From Cycas panzhihuaensis (taxonomy: Eukaryota > Plantae > Cycadophyta): a stretch of 64,000 nucleotides of DNA. How positions within the stretch are numbered: position 1 is the stretch's first letter; each line of letters starts with the position of its first letter. Position numbers and translations under genes: made by a program. The stretch is from positions 231,577,741-231,641,740 of the forward strand of contig CM041465.1 in NCBI GenBank assembly GCA_023213395.1, in the 5' to 3' direction. Below are positions 25,315-38,769 of this stretch, in pieces. The notes under the pieces were generated by a model, which made no database searches, was not told the origin of the DNA, and was given only the letters and a program-made list of their open reading frames with translations.

Positions 25315-28300
25315 ATGGCTTCCTCTCTTCGACTTTCCGAGTCTAAAAAACTCATCGATGATAACTGTGAATCATGGAAGACCAAAATGAGATCTATACT
25401 AGTGGCTCAGGGTGGATGGGACCAGACGGAGAGCATCAAACCTAAGCCTGCAGATGCTGCTGAAAAGAAGGTGCACATGGAACAAAAAGGTCTTGCACTT
25501 GCCTCCATAACTTTGTCAGTTGCAAACTCCATCTTACCTCACATAGCCGGCGCCACCACCCTTCATGAAGCTTGGACCACATTGAAGACCTTGTATGCCC
25601 AGAAAAACACAGCTCGCGTCATGGCACTCAAAAGCCAAATGGCTACCCTAAAGATGTCTGAATCAGAAGACTTCACCTCCTTCTTGGACGATTCAAGCTA
25701 CTTCATGAAAACCTGATTTCAGTTGGAGTGAGTTATTCAGATGGTGACCTCATTGATCTTATTATACACAAACTTCCTGCCTGATTCCAGAACTTTGTTA
25801 CATCTTACAAGTTGACGGTAGAAATTGCACAACCCTCATTCACTACTATTTGTAGCCAACTTCTACATCATGAGCAGACTGAAACCAATCTCGAAAATGA
25901 ATTGGAAAATGCATTTTCATCCAGAGTGAATATATGAGGCAGGGGCACCACCAACAGAGGAGGTTTTCGTGGATCAGACCGAGGGAGAAGACGACTCACA
26001 AACTATACTCCTAGTAGATGATGATCTTCTCCTAACACTTACCCCATCCAGTACTCAGGAGGACTACTTGGTCACCAAATCATCTGCTACTATTGTGGAA
26101 AACTGGTCACTACACCATCGATTGTCGTCACCGCAAAGTTGACATAGAAAGGGGGATCATAGCTTTAGGTAGCTACTCAGGACAACTTCACATAAAGGAG
26201 TCAATTGAAGAAGAAGAAGAAGAGACCGCGTTTGTAACAACCCTTTTCTCAGTAATAAAGAACAAAAATCATGATGATTGGTTTATGGACTCTGGAGGTT
26301 CTAGACACATGATCCACAAGTTAGCTTGGTTCAGTAGCATAAGCCCTTCTCAAAATTGCGGCTCAATCTAACTTGGAGATGACACCACCCATCCAATACA
26401 AGGACATGGAACAAATGCTTATTACCTTGCTAGATGGGAACATTGAAAAAGTTGGCCATGTGCTCTATATACCAAGGATGACAATAAACCTGTTATCTAT
26501 ATCTCAACTGACAGACGACAAGCTCCAGGTCCTATTTGATGGTGATGGATGTGTTATTTTGGATAAATACAAAGGGAACAAAGTAATTGGTAAAGGCATT
26601 AAAACCAATGGATTGTACAAATTCCTTGCCACACCAGTTCACACTTGCCCTTCATGTAACTAAAAATGTTGATAATGGAAAACTTTGGCATTTGTGCTAT
26701 GGTCATTTGTCTTATGATGCTTTATCCTTATTAAGCAAACATGATATGGTGTATGGCCTTCCATGGATTAAAAAATCTAGCTCTATTTGTAACACATGCA
26801 TGATGGGCAAACAACATAAACTGTAATTTCTTTGCCAGCACTACCTGAGCACATTGCAAACTGCAACTAATTCGTAGTGATCTCTGCGGCCCATTCACTC
26901 CCCCATCCTTGCAAGGGGCGCGCTACTATTTGACCTTCATAGACAATTGCACCAGAAAGATCTGGATCTATTTTCTTAAATTGAAATCTAATGTATTTGA
27001 CACCTTTCTTAAATTCAAAGCCAAAGTTCAAAAAGAAAGTGAATGCAACATCAAATGCTTGAGGATCGACAATGGTGGGCAGTTCACATCTAATGAATTC
27101 ATGCAATACTGCAAGAAAAATGGTATACAAAGACAATTTACAACTCCCTACACTCCACAATCCAATGGAGTGGCTGAGAGGAAAAATAGGACCATAACAG
27201 AGATGACTCGTTCCTTGCTAAAACAAAAAGGGGTAAGCAACAAATATTGGGCTGAAGCAGCAAATACAGCCGTATACCTTCTCAACAGAAGTCCAACTAA
27301 AGCTCTGGAGAACATAACCCCTTGAAGAAGCATGGCCGGGTCAGAAACCAGATGTCTCACACCTTCGAGTCTTTGGATCAACCATCTACATGCACATTCC
27401 TGCTGAAAAGAGAAAGAAATTAGATGATAAAAGCAGAAGATGCATTCTTGTGGGATACAGTGAAGTATGCAAAAGATATTGATGCCTAGACCCTCTAACC
27501 AACAAGAACTATCCCAGTAGGGATGTGCACTTTGATGAATCAACTGATGAAGACCAGGTTGATGGGAAAACTATACCTACTCAATTAGTTGACATCATCA
27601 TACAATCAGTTGACATCATCATACCAAGTTGGACTCAATCTCACTCTGAGATAGATCAAGGTGAACAACAAGGAACAAAAAAAATGCACCACCATCGGCT
27701 GTCACTACAAGTGTCTCTGATGAAGGATCCCACTCATCTGAACAAAACGAGGCTGTCAATAACTCAATTCAACTGCAAAATCTCTCACAAAAAAAGGTGC
27801 CAAAATGGTACCTGAAAACAATGGAGAAATCTGGAGTAAATCCAGATCTCATTCAAGAAGGGAAAAGAACCAAAAGTCAAACGCATCACGGGCTCGTTGC
27901 CCAACATGATATATCATATCAACAAGCCCAAAATGATCCTCGTTGGAAAGAAGCAATGAATCAAGAAATGGAATCAATCTACAGTAATAAGACCTGGGAA
28001 CTTACTACTCCTCCTCAAGGAAAACCCATCATTGGATGTAGATGGTTGTATAAAATCAAAGAAAAATCTGATGGATCAATTGAGAAGTACAAGGCCCGAC
28101 TTGTTGCAAAAGGCTATTCTCAAACTCAAGGAATAGATTATGATGAAACGTTTGCTCTTGTCAGTAAAATGACAACCATTAGGACAGTAATTGTCCTAGC
28201 TACACAAAATAATTGGCCAATGTATCAAATGGATGTTAGAGGAGCCTTTCTAAATGGAGATATTCATGGGAAAGTATACATGGAACAACCACCAGGATAC

Positions 28301-29430
28301 ATCACACAAGGACAGGAACACCTTGTTTGCAAACTTAGTGGACAAAAATAGGCTCTTAGGGCTTGGTATGCAAAGATGGACTTCTACCTACAAAGTCTTG
28401 AAATGAAGCGATCAAAAGCTGACTTTGGCCTTTACATTCACACTGACAAGAATGACAAAGTCACCATTCTTGTATTGTATGTAGATGATCTGATACTCAT
28501 CGGTAGTAACACCGACTGGATCAACTCGTTACGACTTCAATTGTCCAAAACCTTCAAAATGACAGATCTGGGAGAAATCCACTACTACTTAGGAATAGAA
28601 ATTCATAAGCTAAAGGGTGGAATCTTCATACATCAAAGTAGGTATACAACACACATATTAGAAGACTTTGGTATGACGGACTGCAAACCGTCTCTCACAC
28701 CCATGTGCTCTGGAACCAAGCTCACTGCTGATCCTAATGGGGAAAGAGTAAATGAAACTCATTATAGGAAACGAGTCGGAAATCTCATATGTCTCACTTC
28801 AACTAGACCAGACATTGCATTTGCAGTAGGGCTAATCTCAAGGTACATGTTTGCCCCAAAGCTATCACATTGGAAAGTAGCCAAGCATATTCTTCGTTAC
28901 CTGCAAGGATCAAAGACATATGGTATTTACTATAGTAATCAAGGATCAAATCTATTAACCGGCTACACAGACTCGGACTGGGCAAGAGACATTGACAGTC
29001 GGAAATCTACCTCTGGATATTGTTTCGACTTGGGTAATGGTATTGTATCTTGGAGAATGAAGAAACAGTCCACTGTATCATTATCTACATCCGAAGCAGA
29101 ATACTAGGCAGCAGTTCAATCCTCCTGCGAGGCTATCTGGCTAAGACGTCTTTTGGATGAACTATAGTTTTCTCAAAAAGCTGCAATCATAATCAACTGA
29201 CAATCAGAGCACCATTCAAATGACGAAGAACCCGGTTTTTCATGCCCGAACGAAACATATTGAAGTTCATCATCACTTCATCCAAGAGAAAGTAGACACA
29301 GAGGGAAAGTTAAATTTTTCTATTGTCCAAGTTCAAAACAATTAGCTGAGATCTTCACAAACCTCTTCCCAAGGAGAAGTTCACGTACCTTAGAGATAAG
29401 ATCGGTATGAAGGAAAAGGATAAGACATTA
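25315..29430 (+). pseudogene. pol: Copia gag-pol pseudogene
   Basis: NCESWKTKMRSIL, knuckle remnant near 26085-26125, DWFMDSGGSRHM, LWHLCYGH, DNGGQF, TPQSNGVAERKNR, QMDVRGAFLNG, LYVDDL, GYTDSDWA, VSLSTSEAEY; many stops and frameshifts. Confidence 0.93.
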
Positions 29431-29438
29431 AGAGGGGA

Positions 29439-29612
29439 TGTTAGAATATCATGTCTAATCCTTTTGTATATTAATGACACGTGTCATTATGCTATGTATC
29501 AGTTACAAAGTAGTTTTAGAGGGTTATAAACCCTAATTGTATATATATACTCTTATACCCTCAATAAGATTATCAAGTATTCTTCATCTGTCATTGTAGC
29601 TTCAATCCTACA
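29439..29612 (+). repeat. 3' LTR (174 bp) of Copia 23980-29612
   Basis: TGTTAG...CCTACA, direct repeat of 23980-24195. Confidence 0.95.
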
Positions 29613-30684
29613 GAGGCACACTTTATCCACACCATTTTTGGATGCAGGACTCAGGAAAAGGCTTATGTTAATCTTGATTTGCAGCTGCTATATGTTATTA
29701 ACCATTCTAATGTAGGATAGAAATGGATACCCAGGCCAAGCATATTTCTAGGTACATTTCCACGTGCATGGCTAGTCTTTTTTGTACAGTTTCTTTTGTC
29801 GCATGAGAAGCTTCTGGTAAACTGATCTTTTAGAAGTTTATGCATTTTAGCCATGTTGAAGAGCTCCAAAACTCCTTTTCCATTAATTCTTTCATGGTAT
29901 TTGTTTAGGATTTTAATTTGTTTATATTACATGGACTATGTATCTACATGCCCACTAAAGAATTAGGTAGCTGATCCCTGCATCTGGGCCTTTGGATATT
30001 ACTAAAATCCTAAAGATTTTGACATTGGGCCGGTAACACATGATTGAAGTGACAATTTAAGGTTGGCTCCCATAGGGTGGAGATTATCATGCTTTCATTT
30101 CCAGAGCTCCCCTTTCTTCCTGGTTTGCTCCAACTAAAGTTATTTTCTTTTACAAAGTTGTTGAGGATCAAGCCTAGCAAAATGTAATAAATTTAAAAGA
30201 TTTGCTTGTCCATTAAATATTTAAGATCCAAGTGAAGCTTATTGTAATCTCTCCATGGTAGAGTTGATCATCCAAGATCAGCTACCATATGATTAAAGAT
30301 TGACCGTTTTTATTTTCCAAGCATCTTCTTTGTACTCATTTTCTCTAACTTGGCTATAAGCTTGTTTACTTTTCTGCCTTTATCAGTTTTTGATTTTTCT
30401 GATTTTTATAGTTCTTTGTGTCTTGCTCAGTACAAACCCCAAGTTGTCTTTGGCACCACCCTCACCCCCACAACCAGAAAAGAAGAAGCCAGACTGCATT
30501 TTAATTTTTGTTCAGGAGGACCAATTTCATTGTGGTTTTAAAGATACTGATTTGAAAATGTTCACTTTATCTCATTGTAATTTGAAATAACACTTATTTT
30601 GAAAGAGCTTCCTGCATTTGCTACATACCATTTGGTGTTTGATCTGTTCTGGTTATTTGCTGAGTAAATCTTCACTTTTGGCAG

Positions 30685-30957
30685 GGATTTTTAATGCATT
30701 CCAGGCTTTATCATTGCCAGAATTTGGTTCAAGTCAGAATTCAGAACTTCCACTAGTTGCTGGCCAGCCTGTTTCACTTCCTTTTAAGTCCTCATTGATT
30801 CCTTTGTCAGTATCAACAGTTCATCTGGAGGAGAAGGAAAATGATATTTTGTTTCTGGATGCTTCCCCTAGCATTGCACCTGATCCATTTATTCCATACG
30901 TGGCTCCCTCTCCTTTGCATCCTTTCTTTCCAAATTCAACTGTGCCAGTCGTATCAG
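30685..30957 (+). CDS. Internal coding exon of an uncharacterised Cys-rich GPI-anchored protein (At1g61900/At2g30700-like); alternative in-frame acceptor at 30705
   Basis: TTTTGGCAG| acceptor and CAG|GTACAG donor, phase 1/1. Encodes DASPSIAPDPFIPYVAPSPLHPFFPNSTVPVVSG, matching the family's Pro-rich N-terminal segment as I recall it. Confidence 0.85.
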
Positions 30958-31114
30958 GTACAGCCTTCTTACTCACAGTGATGTTGATTAAGCATTCTTA
31001 GTTATTTGAAAATTGTCATATGCAGTTCAAGTGGCTTCGAGAATTAAGAATTGACCTCTGATAGAGAACTGCTTATTTCTTATTTAAAGAGAGTCCTGTT
31101 CACTTTTCTTGCAG

Positions 31115-31720
31115 GACTTTGTACTTTCAATTTCTCAGCAGCTGCAAGAATAATAAGGGAGACAGCGATTGACTGTTGGAGTCCATTTGCTTTGTATCTG
31201 GGCAATGTCATTTGCTGTCCACAGCTTCAGACGATGCTTCACATTCTTATTGGGGAATCCAGCAAATATGATGGGTTGCTTGCCTTGAACACAACAGTTG
31301 CAGATTATTGTTTTCTAGATGTTCAACACATCTTGACAAGTCAGGGTGCAAATGGAAGTCTTCCATCCATATGTTCTGCTCAACCATCTAATCTCACTGA
31401 AGGTTCTTGTCCCATCAGAAGTGTGAAAGAATTTGAGGGAGCAGTAAATGGAAGTAAACTTTTGACAGCTTGCAAAACAGTTGATCCAGTGAAGGAATGC
31501 TGCAACCCTGTTTGCCAGCCTGCCATCTCAGAAGCTGCGAGAAGACTTGCTTTGAGGATGCCTGGGTTGTTTAGTCCCGAAGATGTGCGAATGTCACCTA
31601 TGCAACAATCTGTAGTCAATGATTGTGAGAAAATTGTGCTTAGGTGGTTAGCTAGTCAGCTTACTGCAAAGACGGCCAAAGAAGTCCTTAGAGGGATTTT
31701 CAATTGCGATGTGAACAGAG
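31115..31720 (+). CDS. Main coding exon of the At1g61900-like GPI-anchored protein (SPARK-related Cys-rich region)
   Basis: CTTTTCTTGCAG| acceptor and GAG|GTATAT donor, phase 1/1, in frame with the previous exon. Motifs GLCTFNFS, DCWSPFA, GNVICCPQL, NLTEGSCP, LLTACKTVDPVKECC, DCEKIVLRWL, LRGIFNCDVNR. Confidence 0.92.
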
Positions 31721-34700
31721 GTATATCACAAAACCTGTTTGCTTCTTGCAGTGAAGTAAAAAAGACGATATTTTAATTGGCTTTTTTTGACTGTCTATCA
31801 TATCAACAATGATGTGGACAAAAGGCAAATCTATTATAGTTTTGCTAAGTTATTGATGTTCAGAGATGGGGAAGTACATTGGTGAGTGGAAACTGTTTCC
31901 CTCCATACAGGCAGGTTTCTTCAACATGGGCTTGTTCTAGCAACTGCAGGGGTTATTTTATGCATAGTTGCATGATTTCAATTGAACATTGATGCTTTAC
32001 AGTTTAATTCTAAAACGTTATGCAAAATGTGAGAGTTGAATGTAGCTTTAAAATGTGACAAATTTCTTAACAGAAAGTGAATTATGAAAAAAATGAAATG
32101 GCAGTTTTGAGGATTAATGTAGATGTAATTTCACTAACTCTATTACATATAATCACTAAAATTTACTTCTCATAACATATGTATTGCACATTCAGGCTTT
32201 ATAATACGAAATTAGCCTCTGTCAAGCTTTATGAAATTTCACCAAAAGTTTGGCATGATGAAACACTTCACTCTTGCCAAATGAGGTGGAAACATTTTTT
32301 ATGTAAATATGTTTTCAGGTATTTTGCACGAAAGTGCAGAAGACAAAGAAGAAATGGGTAATAGGAAATATAATGTTTTTCATTTTGGTTGTAGATTGCA
32401 TTTCTATTATTATATGGTATGTGATTATGCCATCTTATCTACTAAATAATTTATATTGTATTTATACATGTATTGTGTGGATATTTTGGGATATACTTTT
32501 GTTGTAATCTTCATTGCGAGTGTAATGAACCTAAATCACTAGACTGATGTGGTAATATGGCTGTGCTCCTTGATAAATAAATGAATTAATATAAATATAT
32601 ATAATAGTATATCTTATACAAAGTAATTAAAAATAAAGATTGTTAATTAATTATGTAGAGGCATAACCTTTAATAAAAGGGTATAAAATAAAAACATATA
32701 CTTGAGCAATTGATTGTAAATCATCCTTTAGAATTGATATAATTTGTCTTTTGGCATCACTAGCCTTTGGATTGTCCTCCTTTATTTGTGCACTTGTTAT
32801 GCTAATGGAGCCAGCCAAATTCATTTGCCTCAAGTGCTATTGGAGCATTGATTTTGTGCCAGTGAAATTGTCATAATTTCTCATCTCGCTTTATTCCCTT
32901 CTTCATGGAACCATTATTTCATTAGAGCTTTGTCTTGTTCAAAAGTTCTCTGTTGGTTTGTCTCTTATGTTATTTTTTTGCATTTATTTCTTGTTCCTCC
33001 TCATTTGCTCTATTCCTCCCATCTATTTATATTCTTCGTGGCATCTATACTGTCATTTACACCACTCATTTACCCTTAATTATATCACCATCTCTATTTT
33101 AACTAATCCTTTCATAATCTAAGTTTCTTGTTTCTTCAATAACTGTACTAATCGAACTATTCTTTGGCCAAAAAATTGTAGAATTAGTAATTCTTAGCAT
33201 TGTTCTTCATCAATCCTTCTCCAACCCCTCTAGCTTGTTAAAGCCGACCTTTGGGGTTATTGTTCTCGTTCTTGTTCATTGGTGCCTATTCTCATTTCTC
33301 TCATTTTGTTTTAAATGTTTTCTCTCCATACATTTATTTCTTTACTCATTTGTATCGATTGCATTTGTTATAGTTGTAACATAAACACACTCTCACCTAT
33401 GAGCGCACATAAAGGCATGCTCCTCTTCATCTCTGCAATTTTATTGCCTATTTTTTTGGTCTTACAATTCATAATTTGCCTTCAGATACGTTCTTCAATG
33501 AGCAAGTTTTCTCACTTCACATTGCCTTTTTTGTCCCTCAAAGCTTACCCATTTCATTCAATATTGTTTATTTATTTCCTTTTGATTTTGTATTCTTCTC
33601 TCCTTTTCCATATTAACTCAATAGTTGTTGTGCTATTATTCTTTAATTGCCACTATAAATACCTATAAATGGCAGTTAAACCTTTCTATTACTCTACATT
33701 GTACATTGGATGCTAATGTGAAACATTACATTCTTCTTGTATTGTTGTAAATGGTCAATTGCCTTCATATTGTCTCCTTTCTTGCTCTCTTTAGTGCTTA
33801 AATTTTGTGCTTGTTATAGATGATTGTTTAGTAGTGTAACTTGGAAAAACTAGAAGTGATATGTACACAAAGAAAGAGAATGGAGTTCTAATACCAATTG
33901 ATATGATACTAGCGGGGGATAATGGGATTCTGTCTTATAATATTTCAAGAAATTTTAGAGAGCACATGAATTCCATACCAATTGTTTCAAATGTTGTAGG
34001 TGTCATTCGTGGCTAAGAGTGCCATTCCTTCATTTGAGTCATTCCACAGTGCATTTCTCTATGGATGCCATTTGTTTATAGGCGTTGTTCTTGCAATTGT
34101 TCCATGAGTGTTCTTTTGTAGGTGTCATTCCTCAACAAGTGTTGTCTTTGCAACTATTCCACGGGCATTCCTCTATAGGTGTTGTTGTTGTGACCATTCT
34201 TATGGCTGGCACCATTTCAATGATTGTTCTTCAACGGGTGTCATTCTAGGGAACTAAGGGAATCACTTCTTTGGTGAGGGCCATTCCAAGGCATGAAATT
34301 AGGTGTTTACAAGTCAAAATAGAGAAACTTATTTACAAGTCCCATTTTAGGAAATTGTTCCCACGGTGGGTGTCATTCTAGGGTTTGAAAATTTGGTGTT
34401 TAGGAACTGGAATAGAGAAACTCGTTGATGTTGCCTCTTCCTTGGCTCACTTGCAACGCACTATAAGACTATGTTGATGCTATTGGAGTCTACTTCTTGC
34501 CTTGATTTTGTTGTAAATCACAGGTGACTATGCTACAAACTTGAATACAAAAAAAAAACACTTGGAGAAGGACCTATAAGTGAAACTTAAAATTACTTAT
34601 TCTATTTCCGTAACTCCCTCTTATGTACAATGTAATGTGCCCCCTCTCTCTTTTAAGATGCCAGAATTTCACATCATTGTTAGATGAGAGTTCAAGTGAG

Positions 34701-37599
34701 TATAGTTACAAGAAAACTAGCAACAATCTCTTGATTACAAGTCTAAAAGCTGAATAAGAATACCTTTTGATTGAAATCAACTATTATGATTAAAATAGAC
34801 TAAATTAACTTGCGTTGATCTATAATTGCTAGCCTGATTAGGTATACATAAAAGATTAGACTTATTGGGAACTTTTCTATGGGTTTCTATAGCTTAAAGT
34901 ACATAAAGCGAGTGAGGACCCATACATTACAAAGCATGTTTAGTCAAACCCCCAAAAAACCTAGCTCTAAGTAATGCAAGCTATAATACATCTATGGTGC
35001 ATGATATACATAATGGAGTTTATTAAGAAGTGTAACTTGGAAGACTGAAGTGAACTTGAGATGTCTTCCATTTGGTATAGTGATGCTAGCTATTGTGTTT
35101 TCCCTTGCGGCGGTTTTCCAGGTTTGATATTGTAACACTATCCTCTCACTCACATTGCATGCATTACTTTTTGCTCATGTTGCATGCACTACAAGACCAA
35201 ATTGAGAAGTATTAAAAATAAAATTATTTCTCAAAGATTTTAATTTCATTGGGGCCAAGTAGGATAGCTCCAAATTAGGTTTTATCATAATGCCATATGT
35301 CCAACTCTTATCACAAAGTAGCCCTTGTTTAACAAAGTTAGTGCTACTTAATACGTCACTAAATGGGTAATACCTAGGTGCAAGCATATTGTTGGGACCC
35401 TTGCAAAATAATAAACCCATGGGTTAAATTCACTTATGGTCTAAAAATAAAGGTAATTTTGAAATTTAGTAATTTCACACCAATCGAAGGTTGTACTGTT
35501 AGCAAATTTGGGGTAAAATAATTGAATGAGATCTACAAACTATGAACTGAATGCCAAAACTTCAGTTGTTTTTGGGGTCAAGTATGCTTTGAATGCTATC
35601 TTCTTTGTGAGAAATATTCTCTTTTTGTAGTCAAGTTGACAACTCCCAACATTGTAAGTTAAGTTATGGAGAACATCAAGGGCATTTCTTTTTAGCTCGT
35701 GAGATTTATTGGGCATTCACATCACAATGATGAGCAAATTATTCTTCAATCTTTTATAAAAGAATGGGAGATAGAGCCACCCAAAGATGGTGATGAGATA
35801 AAAGAGAATAATATAAGTAATTAGCATGAAGTAGGGATAGACCACGAAGCAACTCCTAAGATATCTATAGCTAAACCACACAAGCATAATACTAATAAGT
35901 AGGTAGAATCAGTCAAAAGAGTCCAAGCTGTGTGTTCTTGGACAATAAGATACACACGAAGAATACATGAAATAGATTCTTGCAGTTATAAAGGAATGAG
36001 TTAAAAAATGAAGGAATACAAACCTCATAGAAACAGATAGGAGAGTGAAAATTGGATATCTTGAAAAATGGTTGTTGCACTCCCTAGTATCATAAAATAT
36101 CCATATGATAGGAAGCAATATAGACAATAGATTGTAAATACCTATAAATTTAGTTGATATGTTGCATGCCTTGAAGAAGTTCTATGGTTGTAGAACTGAA
36201 TGAAAAACACGAGAAAACATGGACGAATAACATATAAAGAGTTGGAAAGGGAAGCAAGAGTGCTTGCTCAAAATTTCTTCCTTTCTTTCTTTCCCATTTC
36301 ATTATGAAATGTAAGTATGCTTTTATAATAAGAAAAGGTAGCTTTGGTAGTTATCAGTGGTAACTATCATTTACTATTTAATCTCTAACTAACTGAGTTT
36401 ATACTAAGCCTAATTGACTATTGTAAATTTAAGCTTATTAGCCTAATTAGGCATTACATTAAAGTGCATTCTTACTAGGACTATAGCTTGGCTATGTAGA
36501 TTACATAATCACACCAAAAAAGTACCTAGCTTTACCTAACATGAATGTTGATTAAATATATCTAGGTTCCTCTAAGAAGAATGGGAGGGTGATGTTTTGT
36601 GATGCAACAACATCATCATACAACCATATCTATGTTCATCATCATCTAACCATATTTACATACATCATTGTGCAACCATATATACACACATCTAACTACT
36701 AAAATAAGAGCATGAATCAACAGGCACAAATATTTATATGCAACAATTCGTCGTCAATGTCTTGCCTTATTATTATAACAAAATGTGATACAGACATCAA
36801 GTACAAGATGTATCGGGCTATGTGATCATTGAAGACCAATTCCACACCCTAATCCAGTGCCAAGACATATAACATAGAAGGATGGTTCTTTTGCCTCACA
36901 CCCCCTTTCTCTTGCAATCCACTCACTTAAATACATATTTCCTTGTAACCATTCATGTCATGATGAATAACCTGTCATAATGATTGTTAATAATCATGTT
37001 TACTATTTAACGTAAATAATACTCTAACATGTATCCCTCCCTTTTTAGGCTCGAGTGTTTTGCTTAGGTGAGATCAAAACACCATTTTACACAAAATTTT
37101 ATTCTTGTAGTCAATTTATTAGTTTGGTTTATGAGTTTTGGGCAACCTCCTGATCGTGTGGCTTAGCGCATGATGATCTGTGACTTATCTGGATCAACCC
37201 AACAAAATTGGTATGAATTTGAATTGGCCTTTGATGGATCATTTGGAGCATGTATCGTTGCTTGGATCATCCCTATTAATAGATCAATCATAATGGATCA
37301 TTGTTGATTGTATTGTTTTATGTTTCTTCAATATTTGTTTGGATCTATGATCTTGTTGTGTTGTTTACTCACGTATTTTGGATTAGTGAATCTACGTGTT
37401 GATCATCATCTTGCTTTGTTTTGTTGCATATGCTCGGTGGATTTATGTGTTGATCATTGTCTTGCTTTGTTTATGCTCACTCATCACTCGCATATTTGGA
37501 TTGGTGGTATGTGTTGTATGCACACATTGTGGATTGACAGTCTTTTGTGATGATCAACAATCTTCTTATGTTGGATCAATGGATCATTGATTTAGTATG

Positions 37600-38205
37600 T
37601 TTGATCGGTGATTAAGCATGATGTTGGATCAATAATGATGTAACTTTGGCGATTATGCAACATTGATGATGATGCACAATGTAACATTGGCGATGATGCA
37701 CGATATAACATCAACAATGATGTAACACTAACGGTGATGCATGATGTAACATCGGTGATGATGCGTGATGCATGATGTTTGATTGATGATGAGGTAACAT
37801 CAATGATGATGTTTGATGTAACATCGACAATGATGTAACATTAGTGATGATGCATGATGTAACATTGGTGATATTGCACAATGTTGGCAATGTTGGATCG
37901 ATGATGACCCACGATGGATCGACGATGTTGCATGACATTGGATTGTGACGTTGCACAGTGTTGGATTGACGATCACGCACGATGTTGGATTGAAGACCAA
38001 GCACGATGGATTAGTGAGGATGTTGGATTGGTGATGATGCACAGTGTTGGATCGACAATCATGCATGATGTTGGATCAAAGATGATGCACAATGTTGAAT
38101 GATGCATAATGTTGGATTGACAATGGCGCACAGTGTTGGATCAACAACCATGCATGATGTTGGATTGAGGATGATGCGTGTTGTTGGATCAAGGATGATG
38201 CACAA
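37600..38205. repeat. Degenerate 24-bp minisatellite with two sub-arrays
   Basis: Units like GATGATGCACAATGTAACATTGGC on the left change to GATGATGCACAGTGTTGGATCGAC on the right. Confidence 0.8.
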
Positions 38206-38433
38206 TATTTTTTATTTTAATTTTATTATTTATTTTAAAATTATTTACAACCATCTATGTAATCCAAAAATTTAATATCGTTCATGATAGGTTCACATGC
38301 TTGGTCCCCTCCTCCTTTTGTTTGTCTTTGTTTTGTATTTGCCTTGATAAGTCATGCTATTATTTTATTAATTGCTCATTGATGATTCATATCTGTCTTA
38401 TCATGTGGTTATCTGAATGGTCTTAGCACTTAC

Positions 38434-38769
38434 AATAGACCTTTATTAGCACTTCAATAGCTCTAATTACATCAAAAGTATAAGAGTAGAGTGCTAGGAA
38501 GCTTAAAGAACACCAAAAGATATGATGTACGCAAGTACAATCTCACAAGACAAGATTATGACATAAGAGATATCTTTACAAATTCTTGGCCTTAAGTAAA
38601 CAAAAGTGGTCACTTTTCTAGCATCTTATTGGAGAACCATGCGACCTTTAATCTCATTGGTGGAGATATACAACCTATGCACACAAATTAATAATTGATA
38701 TTAGCCTTCTCTACCTTAACTGTGTGGTCAGATGCTTATGTGCCACTAACCTTGGGAGGTTACTTAACA
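38434..38769 (-). repeat. LTR copy abutting the Gypsy PPT (3' LTR); direct repeat of 44716-45052
   Basis: ~336-bp collinear match with 44716-45052. Minus strand begins TGTTAAG right after GGGGGATGGGACC. Confidence 0.85.

Larger units (their letters stand above)
23980..29612 (+). mobile_element. Full-length Ty1/Copia LTR retrotransposon, degenerate
   Basis: LTRs 23980-24195 and 29439-29612 (~94% identical outside the microsatellite). Perfect TSD GAGGC (23975-23979, 29613-29617). PBS TGGTATCAGAG 24196-24206. PPT AAGAGGGGA before the 3' LTR. Order gag-PR-INT-RT-RH. Confidence 0.96.

Noticed and set aside
32319-32357. Possible 39-nt phase-1/1 micro-exon (GILHESAEDKEEM) with AG/GT ends
   Set aside because: Does not match the expected conserved next block (VCPL..P); such chance sites are common in AT-rich introns.
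33830-36560. PBS-like GTTCTAATACCA (33885-33896), degenerate short repeats and two related LTR-like segments (~34830-34975, ~36437-36535)
   Set aside because: Probably old LTR debris; boundaries and family cannot be supported.
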